64,000 nt of DNA from Moniliella sp. 'wahieum' (lineage: Eukaryota): NCBI GenBank assembly GCA_003971905.1, contig RSEE01000127.1, positions 62,001 to 126,000 of the forward strand, read 5' to 3'. Below, one piece after another: positions 53,367 through 64,000 of this stretch; the first letter of the stretch is position 1, and every line of letters starts with the position of its first letter. Under the pieces are notes generated by a model, which was given only the letters and a program-made list of their open reading frames with translations, searched no databases and was not told where the DNA came from. The translations under genes were made by a program, and so were the position numbers.

Positions 53367-54042
53367 AGATGATAAAGAATGAAAGGACCAAACAACATGC
53401 TGCGACCAAAAGACGGAAGGACTAGTCCTGGTGATCGGGTCAATGGTGGTGGCCACAAGAAGAATGGGACGAGCTGGGAGGGATTCGAGTGGGCATCAGC
53501 TGGAGCAGAGTGCAGTGGGTATGCTTAGTAGCGAGATGAACGTATGAACACAGTATGCACACAGTATGCACACAAGTATGCACACAGTATCCACACAGTA
53601 TAAGTAGATTATGGTGTCCGTCTCCCCTACCTCCACACCACTCTTCGATTCTCTCTTAACCTCGTCCAGACTCACTGTGGCCGATCCCGTGTGATGGCCA
53701 CACCTATATAGTCCAACTGGTCGGAGAATACCCTCCGTGTTCCATGTGGTACAACTCATGGAGATAGTAGTAGTGGCATTAGTTACAAAAAATATACCCT
53801 CGCTTATTAGTCGGAGTAAGCGGAGGCAAGAGGGGTGTGCAAAAAGAGTAGGCATGTGCAAGCACACGCCTCTCCAGTTTTGGTGTCGGAACAACAAAAC
53901 CCATAAGAAGGCAAAGGTGAGTAACGACTCGTATGGTCGTCAGGAACATCGAAGACCCCTATGATCATCAGGAGCATCGAAGACCCCAAAGCGCGGCGCC
54001 AGCATCAGCGGCTGTCTCAGGGATCAGAGTTGACAGAGCCGT

Positions 54043-55972
54043 TTAGAGATTCTGCCAAGCCTGGAAGAGGGGAGTGCCGAGACCACTGGCCGGGTCCCAG
54101 CCCTGCTTGGCAGGGAAGTAGAGAGTGTTATCTTCAAAGCATCCACCCGTCTTGCCCGTAGTAAGGTCGGTTAGGGCCGAAGGGTTGTCGTACAGCTTGG
54201 AGTGGAACCAACCCACGCGGCCCTTACCGTTTTGCTCGCGGTAGTTGTTCAGCAAGGCAATGTGAGCTGCCACAATGGGCGCGGCAGCGCTGGTACCGCC
54301 TACGGTCGTGTCTTGCCCCGATACGGTGATCTGCACGTTGAGACCAAGGGCAGCCAAGTCGGGGAAGGCGCGGCCATTGCGGTTGTACTTGCCGCTGTCT
54401 AGGTTGCCAATGCTGTTGACATACGACTTGACTTGGCTCGCTTGGTACGAAGGGGCGTCAAAGATGTTGGAGAAGCCAGCACCACTGTGTTCATTTGAGT
54501 CAGAAATTAGCACAGCAGCTTGGTAACTAAGAGGAAGGGAATAACAGTGAACGTACCTCCAGAAACCGCTCTCGTTGCTTCCATCGACCGGGACCTCGGG
54601 GCTCGTGTTCTGGGTTGCACCTACAGACAAGATGTAAGGGCAGCCAGAGGGGAAGGTGGGGTTGAATGAAGAGTCACACGTCTCTCCCGAAGATGCCTGT
54701 GTTCATGAGAGCGATCCAGACGAGAGAGTCAGTTAGTACATAAATCAAAGGACGTGTGTTGGTGATCTCGGAAGAAGGATGGGTGGGAGATACGAGATGA
54801 ATATTAGGAAATGGGACAAACCTGGTTGGAGTTGACACCGTTGTCGCCTGAGGCAACCACAACCGTAGTACCTCCCGCCGTCAACTTCTGAGCAGCGTTG
54901 CAAAGCGAATGGGCATCACTGGGAGAAGTTTGACTCATCGTCACCGTACGAGATAGTAATCACACCGGGCTTGGTGCTACAACAGAAAGTCAGTTGGATA
55001 GAACAGCAAAGAATGGAAAATCAATTACGCACCTCTGGCCGAGAACGTAGTCAAAACTGTCGACAAAGAAGTCGTCATTGGAAGGGTTGCTGCTGCCGTA
55101 GGAGAGGAATGTGGTGTGGAGGGGGGCACTGATGCCACTAACCATTTCCACATCGAGCATGGACTCGGTACCAGGGTTGCTGGGGTCATTCGTGGCACCA
55201 CCCGCAGTTCGATGGTGACCTTGTATGAACCATGGTCCGTCTGGGATTGCATGAACGAGGTGAGGTCGCTCTGCGAAACGTACTCGCCAACATAGCCCAT
55301 GACGAGGGTGTCAACAGTCCCGCTCTGGGGGCTGGGTGTGTAGCCGGAAGACTGATACTGGGACTTGATGCAGCTGATAGAGATGGCGTCGTCGTTGCAG
55401 CCACCGGCACTCGCAGTGCGCTCTTCGATCATCTTTTGCTTCAGGATGGGAACGGAGCGGCGAATATTGTTGAACGACGTAAAGGGGTGAACGTTGAGGA
55501 CAGCATCTTGCAGCTCATCCGGCACAGTGTATTGACTAGTACGCAAGATTTTGTTGCCCGTGACACTGTGAGTGTATTGGGACAGATTGGCTGACCAGCT
55601 GCGTTGGCTTCTTCGGCCGAGTGAGTGACGGTGATCTTGTCCCCCCACTTGTTGATTTTAATGTCTTTTCCTCCAAACTTGGTCAAGTGAGCCTTGACCG
55701 ACTGGACGTGGGCATCCGAGGCACGAGTGTAGCCCTGGAGCTCTTCATCCGAGAGCCACTTGCTGTCCGACTTGGCAATCTCAGCCATCTTGTTGTCCAG
55801 CGCCGCCTGGCCTGCGGCCGGGAGCTGCACCGAGTAGGTCACCTCAGTAGAAGGGTCGACTGGGGTACCGACGGAGTAAACATGGGGGATGCTTAGGCGC
55901 AACAATGCGCGCCTGGGCGCCAGCGGCGGCGGCCAGAACGAGCACGGAAGTGAGGAGGTTCTTGTTGAACAT
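54043..55972 (-). CDS. Secreted S53 sedolisin / tripeptidyl-peptidase-like protease, copy B
   Basis: MFNKNLLTSVLVLAAAAGAQA signal peptide; GTESMLDVE, ASGDNG, GGTSAAAP, GWDPASGLGTPLFQAWQNL*; same intron layout as copy A. Confidence 0.92.
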
Positions 55973-58194
55973 GTCGGAAGGAGCTGCGAAGGTAGCGGGT
56001 CAGGCAGGGGCTGTGAACAGTGCATGCTCAGCGCGTTTCCCGACCAGGCTTATATACATACCATCACCACTGACGCCAACGGCGATGCAACACATGATCA
56101 TCGATATCCTCAGCCTCCTCCGCACCCCTCCCCCCTGCCGACAACCTCGATAAATGATCGCTTTCAGGCTGGTGATCGCGTGATCTAAGCATGGCTTGTA
56201 ACATGATATGCTTTCGGATCGCATGCCACAGACATGTGTTACGACGCGAAGTGGCTGATGCCAGTGACGTACTGATGGCGCTGATAGGTATGGCCTGTTG
56301 ACAGGTAAGTACTAAGTACTCTCAGGTTCTTGGCACCAACGTAAAAGGTTTACTAGTTACTACGTTTATTAGTACTCACGCGTCACGAACAGCACGATCT
56401 CATTTCTGTACTCTGCCATACCACATGGTATAGACATGTGGTTTAGACAGGGCCGACAACATCTGCGGAGGTATTTATATTATCCCTTTTCGGAGCTTTG
56501 GGTTAAACCGGTTACATGTTACAGGTTACCGGTTACTGCAGATACGATAGGCACTGTATTAGGAGGCCCTGATGGGCCTGATGCATGATATACTTCAGCC
56601 TGAGACCTGAGCTCAGGCGTGATGCGTGATGCAGATCGAAGTGGCTTGAAGCTTGAGCTTGAGAGGCTAAGCGCTGAAGCTAGCGCGCTCAAGAGCCTCC
56701 GCCTGTGAGCATATGAGGCCGGAGGTATGTCTGTGAGGCCTGAGTATATGAGCGATGAATATGAGCGCATTACACCGGTTTGCTCGGACCCCTGTCTCTC
56801 CTCTATACCAGGCCCGAGACTCAGTCTCAGTCTCAGGATCTCAGGACCACAGGGCTATACCACATGTAACAGTACTCATTGTTCGCTTTAAGATGTCGAT
56901 AATCGACAAAGAAGAGATAAGACCGGTGTATATAACCCGGAGCTTTTGTAACATGCGTATAACATGTTAACATGTCGATTAAAAGGTTTATAACTTCCTC
57001 ATTATTCGATCATCGCAATGTATAACGGCGCTTGGAGAGAGATTCTCGATAGCACGTAACGAGAAGGGAGGAGACGATTGATCTATTGATGATCATGAGA
57101 TCCGCGAGAGGACGCAATATGCAGGACGCAAAACATATGATGTCGGTGAATGACATTGGCTGAATCATGAATCATGAATTGATGATCGACAATGGCAGTT
57201 CTTCGCAACGGAACAAGTGAAGCCGAACAGCGACCAGCACTGTGGCCTTGCTTGCCCATGCCACGTCTCGCTGCATAGGCGTGGGGCCCTGGCATCGAGC
57301 AGGTGGAGGCGTGTGCCCAAAATGATCGAGATGCATCAACGTTGTTCAGCCGAGCGACGCTTGACGCGTGATCGCTGATCAATGATCCTGACGTTGATCT
57401 TGTTGATCTCTCCCGGGCATTGAGCCAGTGTCCCACAGCACGATGAATGGACGTCACGTCCAATCGATGAGCGGCTCAGTGGCTCGGTGCAGCACCAGCC
57501 TTCGGGGGTGTCTCAGGGGGTTCCTTGGTCTGTTAGATGCACATGGCCATGCAGCATCCTTACGAACCACTGACATGTGGCCATGTGATGTGTGATGCAT
57601 GTGAGTGATGCTATTGTGGCTTGGTTAAGATCGAAAGAACAGGTAAAACCGGTTACCGGTATTCGATGCACTTGTGAAGCTCTTGAAGCTTGAAGCTTAA
57701 CGCGTACTGATGCGCTGATGCATGATGTGTATGATAGCGCCTATCCATTATCGATCATCGGCCTCATCGGATACCACCTGCTTTCCCCGCCACCTTTTCG
57801 TGCCAAGGCCTCTCCCAACGCGCTCATCTGCGACGACGCAGCCGCTCCGTCACCTTGCTTTGCCAAGCATTCTGTTGAAAACCACACGGGTACTACTGAG
57901 GGCTGATGAATCCATCTGTTTTGAGAGCTGAAAAAGGGTCGAAAGCTATAGGATGGCGTCTGTGTTCCGCCGACATAGTGGCCAGTAGACCAGGTAGACC
58001 CTGGTAGACCAGAGGCTAATGTGCAAACAGTGATTGCTCGAGACCTCTGATATTGATGATCGACAATCGATAATCGATAAGCCAATCGAGCTAATCAATC
58101 GTTCACATGTCGATTATGCACCTGAGGCCCTGAGTCGGAGGCTTGAGGGCCTTACCAATGGAATATGGGTAACCAGTATAGCTGGTGAAAACTT

Positions 58195-60568
58195 TATTGT
58201 TGGGACCCGTGGTCCCGTACTTAGGCCAAGGTGCCTCATCACCCTTCACCCCTGATTTGTCCTCCCAAGCCTCCACGTGTATACTCAGGCTTGTTTGAAC
58301 CCCTGTCCCTAGGTGGCACAAGGCTTAGACCTCAACCACCACCATCGCGATTTGCATTGCTCTACATCTCCAGAGGTTCTCACCCAATCCTTGGGTTCCT
58401 CCGGTCTTACATTTATAGCCGGTGTTTTACTCCTGAGGTGCTGGGCGATGGAAGAGAACCACATCGCAAAGGGGCCAGGGATGTCTTCGTGTGTTGATGC
58501 CATATTATAGGCTACACAGCCAGTCGCGTCCAAGGCGAAATTGTATTTAGCACAAAGTCCAAGGCAATAATTTTGAGTGGCACTAATTTCTAACCACGTG
58601 AGACGCCTACAGCCTTTTTGCAGTCCAAGGTACAAATGCCTTGGTGCTCTCCAAGGTAAATCTGGCCCTGCCAAAGGCCGTCATATCAACCCCAAATTGC
58701 CTTCGTCGTCTCCAAGTCCACTTCTTCTTCAGTTTCCTCAAGTACAAATGGCCTACATTCACGGGAAGGCTAGTACTACGGCCTTCGAATGTGGCAACGC
58801 TCACTGGAAGCCATACTGCATACCGGCAGCGAGGTTCGTTAGAATGAATCAAATGCATTTCGGGCGATGGTCGACAAGAGCCCACGAAGAAAGGATAGAA
58901 ACGTGAGATTCAGGATGAGCAAGTTCGTGTACCGCAGTTTGGGCATTCGGGTTCTAAGTGCGAAGTACGAGGGGAGTTTGCCTCGGTTGGCCTCGCAATT
59001 CTCTTGTCCATCATGAGCACATCGATCCATACCCTAATGAACATTTGGCGGTTAGGAGCGGAGCCTTCCCTCGTCTCAAATGTACGCATGCACTTGGCGC
59101 TGAAGTGATTGGACCTTTGCTTGCACCGGTTTTCCTGACAGAAACTGTAAAAGGCTTAGCCAGTGAAATGAGTCAATCTCCAAGCAAGGCAGAGTCGGGG
59201 GAGAATGGAAAAGATGTTTAGTAACGAGTAACATGGTTAGTAACGAGTAAGATGGTTATACACACCGCTTCCTGTACTAATGCCTGTTCCAGCGCCACCA
59301 ACTCATTTGCTGCGTCCCAGTGGGGAAGTCCGGACCAGGGCTTCTTTGCTACTCTCCCCAGGTGGATTCGAGGGACACGGTTTGATCGTTTTGACTCGCT
59401 TATATGTTGACTGTGATCATCCGGCTCCCAGTCTGTAGACCAGGTTCGCCTCGGTTTCATCGGCTGCCACGCTGGTGTCCCAGCGTGTTATTGTCCCTGT
59501 GCTCTGCACTCTCCTGTGTGACTCACTGGCCCTGTGCCTAGTCCGGCCTCCGATATAGATGCCTCTGTACCCAGACTCAACTCTGGCTCTAATAATCCAT
59601 CACCTTCTCCTCATCCTTCTGCCCGTCTGGCTCCCTATATGCCAACATTATACACGCCTCTGCCTCACTCCTTAGGCCTTACCATTCAGTGGATCTTGTT
59701 AGTTTCGTTTGTTGCTAACGCGTGGTTCAAGGGAGTGGAAGTGGGTGATTAGGATAACTTGACTGCTCTCGGGTCTTCTTATATGGAGCAGAAAGATCCG
59801 GTGTCTTCTTTGAGAGGGGATCAAGACAGTGGCGTGTCGCAATGACATATCGGGATGGGCCGGTTTCAGGATGGTTAATGGTACAACAGGGCCTCAGATT
59901 GGGCAGTGGGTTGTAGGGACGAATCGGCACCATATATTGGCGAACAAGTCTATACGATCCATGTTCCATCACAAAGAGCCGGTGGGACTCGAGCGGGGAT
60001 CGGGACAACTGGAGAGGCCTCTCGGCACATAGAATAACGGACTGCTTGTGTGGTAAGGTTACGCACAGGCACCGTCCTAGGCAGTAGTAAAACGTGCCTG
60101 AAGCCATTCGTACTCAGGGGCGGGGATAAAGGCAGTGGGGACAAGCACTGACCAAAATTGGATTGAAGGGGGAGGGGGGAAACAGTGATTGGAGCTGAGA
60201 CCAGAAAAGCTTCGACTGAAAGTTCCATGGATTGGATTCTGCAAAGCCAAAACACTGAGTGGCGGACAATCAGGCCCGAAAGGTGTGGGAATCAGAAAGG
60301 CGAGGAGGCGGAGAGAGAGATAAGCAAGTAAGAGGAGGAGTTGCCTGTACCGTGTATGGATCAGATTGGCGGAAGTGGGGAAGCCAATTGTAACAGTTGG
60401 GGCTAAGAGTGAGAGACAAAAGAGCCTGTGAGTGACAGGGAGAATGTCAAGGCTCTGTTGGTGGGAGGGAACAAGAGGCATCGGGCAGTCGGGAAGAGAA
60501 GCAACAGGGAGGGGAAGGGCGAAATACAGAGGATGTGGCGTTGGAAATTAGAGCGATGACCTTCGGCG
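58195..60568 (-). mobile_element. Heavily decayed LINE-like retrotransposon relic
   Basis: Pieces recur at 585-820, 36905-38350 and 52084-52382. Broken minus-strand peptide RGLLSTIARNAFDSF..MQYG..QNYCL resembles the post-RT region of LINE ORF2; AATAAA at its 3' end (~58193-58198). No intact RT motif seen. Confidence 0.4.
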
Positions 60569-63500
60569 CACTATGGCGAAGTCGTGTGCATCCCACTGAG
60601 AACCCCACCTCACATCCTACTACCATGACCGCTCCTTCTTCAAAGGGCTCGCCCCACCTTTTGGTCCATATATGTTTGGCTGCTACCACCTGCCCGACAA
60701 GCAGTGCCGCCACGACTACCACACCACAACTGAGAGCGATTCCAGATGCAAAAATTGCCAAGAAGGCACCAAGAACGCACGCCACTGCTTTGGGCTTCGA
60801 CGTCCTACATGGGTCATCTTCTCTTCACCAAGCTTGGACCGCGAACGAGTTTGAAGCGGGGGGATCTGGTCCCACTTGCTTGAGATTGTAGTTGTCTTCT
60901 TTGTTTCGTCCTTGTTTGGTCTGATTCGATGAATTGATGTCGTTTCCCTTTGAAATCTGCCATAGGACGCCATAGTAGGAAGCCATAGCAGTAGAAAATG
61001 GTAGGAGCTACCGCAGACAATATGGTCCCACAGTCGTCTTTCATTTTGATCTATGGGTCCGGGCAGTCGGCAGGCAGCTGCTCCCATTTCACCCAGCGTA
61101 GCCGTGGGCTTCAGCGGGGCGCACTGCAGGGGATGTACAGAGATGGGATGTCGAAATGTGTGTAGATGGCACGGTCACAAGCGGCTGTGTTGGTCGGTAG
61201 GATGCAAGCTGAGTTGCAGATCCTCTGTGGCGGTCGGATACACTGGCCTCTCAGATGGTCTCTGTCTCCTTTTCCACCCCAATCCAGCAACAGTGCCAAA
61301 CTAGAGGAAGCAATCTGCCCATTCATCTTCCCCACAGGGTAGTGCCACTATGTCCCCCCGGGGAGTCAGGCGACACACGCTGAGGTTCTGTTGCGGGGTA
61401 GGCTATCAAAGGTTATGGACGAGGAAGCCAGACGCCGCATCTTTGGTTACTAGGATATGTACCAGAAAACGTCATGCTCTCGCAACGCTCACCCAGCTTA
61501 TGGCTCCTTGCCTCACTCTGGCAGGCTTCAAGTCTCGGCCTCAGGTTTCCTCCGTGTATTTGTGGGCGCGTGGACATGTGAACCATCTCCCGTTGAGAGA
61601 CTCCAGTCAGGTAAAAGGTAATCCTTGCCAGTGGCCAAACATATCTTCTTGCTCGCCGTCTTGGGAGCAGTATCCTCGCGTCGTCCGTCATACGCGTCAT
61701 AAACCAATGGGACGAATGGTTCTTTGGGTGCGTCCCGTACTACTCGGCGTCTTGTCGCATTCTGCTTTTTGTTTCACCACCAGTCGAAGCAGCTCCTATG
61801 ATTCAACGATCATCAACATGAAATACATCTCGATCTGAGACTGTTCGGCATGTGCACCTGTCCCGTGGTCCAACGTCTTAGCAGTCTCTCAATGCATAGG
61901 ACCCTCTCGCTCTTCAAGATTAACTGATCTTTCATGATGCATTTCCGGTGGGCGACGGTAACCGGTAAGGCCAGGCCTAACGCCTAACGCCTAAGGCCTC
62001 ATATGTCGCTGGCAACCGGAACTGGCTACAGATTTCCGCGACTCGCGCACTCTGGATTAGTTACCGTCGCTCCTCGTTACCCTCCTTTCTATTCTCCCTA
62101 TTGTATTCAAGGCGGAGTATATAGCGGCAGGCGCCAGCGCGTCAGTAGCTTACAAGAAGCCATCCCTGACTGTTTCCACCCTGCACAGGGTTGAGTTTTA
62201 ATGAAGACAAGGTCTATAGAGATGGAGAAAGAGGGAGAAGGTGATGGATCTATTGCAAAAGCGAGGAGCCCGCCGCTGGGGGCACAGAACGTAGGGGAGA
62301 TCGGATAGAACAACGCGATGCGTGGTGTGATCAGCTGCATGAATGATGGCGCTGACAGTAGCTTCCTGTTCTCTCTTTTCTGTTCTCTGCCTGCTTCTGG
62401 CGCTTTTTATCCTTGTCATGCATGTCAACAGTACTGTTTTTGCCATGTTTTCAAACGACAACAATAACTTGGTTACGTAGGTACTAGTCCGCAGTCAGTG
62501 CATTCTATGCTAGGTGCACGAAAGGTTTACCCGGTAGTACGTTTGACGATTCTGATGGAAACAAGTTGCATGGGAAGTATCTCTATATTGCTCACGCGCT
62601 CACACCGATCTCTTGGGCCTTACTCGGGGTTGCTGCTTCTCTTCGCCTAGCGAAGTACGGAATACGTCCATCTCAAATGCTGTGGGAAGCCAGGCCGGGA
62701 TCGGCCATACGATCAGTCACCAGTTCACCCATGGGCCACCGGGAGGTGTGATGGTCACCAGTGCGGTCACTGTCACCGATCATTTGGTACTTAGATCTTA
62801 GAGCTTAGCCTACACGCTTAGTCCGTTTTACGTTTAGTACGTCGAACTTCAAGCTTCAAGCTCCAAGCGAGCTCCTATTAGGGATGCATGTGATGTGTGA
62901 GTGTGACTACTGGCTTAGTCACTGTGCATGTGACTTGTCGCCGCGTCTGCCGCCCAGATCAGCCAGCGCTCAGCTAATAGTCTCGTATGGCATCGCTAAT
63001 AACCTGCTCACCGAGTAGCGACCGGCGACCGGCGGACACGCTACTAATATTCAGTCTGAATACCCCGTACTCGGAACTCGGTGTCCCTCGGCACGTTTCG
63101 TTCTCTCGCCGTGCTCGGCGATCAGGCGCTTCAGGCTGAGTAAGCTAGTAACGGACTGCCCAGCCCCGGGCCTCAGGGCCTGCTTGAAGCATGCGGAACC
63201 CGTACAGCGAACTTCGGGCTTTCGCATACCGTGGCTTCCGTGTAACGTACACCGTTTCCCGGCTATCGTTTTTACCCCCACTTACCGGCTTCCGTTCTGT
63301 ACTAGTCATTGGAGTAACAAACTTTCGGCCTTAATAGGCCGTACTGGCAGTTACCCAGTTACCGGTTACCGGTTACCGAAAAAATGGATGCGGGACGGAC
63401 GCAAGTACTTATGTATCTCAATGTAAACACTGGAAACATGTAAACGTTAAACGTACACATATGGTGTACGTGGCTCTGTAAAAACCGAGCGGGTATAAGT

Positions 63501-64000
63501 GCAAGTGAGTCGAACGCGGGGGAGTCGCGGCCCCAGAGGCTGGCGGCAGCCAGACGAACGCGACACATCACCATCAACAGCCGCCATGTTGTAGTCCCCA
63601 CCTCGCCCGGCCCCTTCATCGGTTACTAAGATCTTAGGCCTCACTTTCGTCCCCACACCTCGTCTTCGCACCCCACCATATCCTCCGTGTCCGTCACCGC
63701 GTCACCTCTTATCCAGTCTTCTTCAACGTTGTTGACCGATGGATATGAAACCTACCGCACAAAACAGCGCAACCACTCCACCCAGTGCCGTCGTAGGTGG
63801 AGGTCTAAGGCGCCCAAGTTTTCGGCAGTTGTCGCCTCGAGAAGGAGTGGGCAGGGTCGTTTTCCCCCTACCTCGACGTCAGTCGGCGCCGGAGGGAGAA
63901 AACATGAATGACCCCACCCTGCCAACCGTCCCAATCTCCCCGTGACTGAAGCAAGTCATCCACGGTCCAGCGGGGGACGCCTCCGCCGTCGGATGTCGTC

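Larger units (their letters stand above)
52399..59982 (-). repeat. Arm B of large inverted segmental duplication
   Basis: Reverse complement of arm A, lacking 43345-45974 and with extra sequence at ~58520-59260. Confidence 0.93.

Noticed and set aside
36905..59982. RIP-like C-to-T hypermutation of the duplication, or a Starship-type element
   Set aside because: No obvious one-directional transition excess by eye (not counted), and no tyrosine-recombinase captain gene is visible.
60570..61840. Possible decayed membrane-protein gene (hydrophobic minus-strand peptides)
   Set aside because: Fragments are too short and interrupted to assign without a search.

Overview
Eukaryotic (fungal) genomic DNA with GT-AG introns, most likely a basidiomycete of the smut lineage (inferred from GC-rich, intron-poor genes). 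The left part (4.2-33.9 kb) is a block of housekeeping genes: alpha-arrestin, ARP3, septin CDC3, a membrane-anchored CPYS glutaredoxin, CDK1/CDC28, VPS51, a SWIB protein, RPL9, eIF3k, a Zn2Cys6 transcription factor, a fatty-acid elongase, an MDR oxidoreductase and an LRR-like protein. Many carry single-base frameshifts that look like uncorrected long-read errors. The right part is accessory. A large inverted duplication (arm A ~36.9-46.9 kb, arm B ~52.4-60.0 kb) carries a secreted S53 (sedolisin) peptidase in each arm, plus a CACTA/CMC-like transposase gene that is long in arm A and truncated/deleted in arm B. The arms enclose a conserved coiled-coil host gene. Relics of two non-LTR retrotransposon families are also present. 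The most unusual signal is non-coding: dozens of 7-bp tandem arrays with different sequences share one grammar, XY-TNA-Y'X'. Comparing duplicated segments shows they grow by a stereotyped +7-bp insertion made of a 5-bp direct duplication containing TNA plus 2 bases that are the reverse complement of the flank. This resembles a hairpin (P-nucleotide) transposon-excision footprint; that mechanism is an inference.
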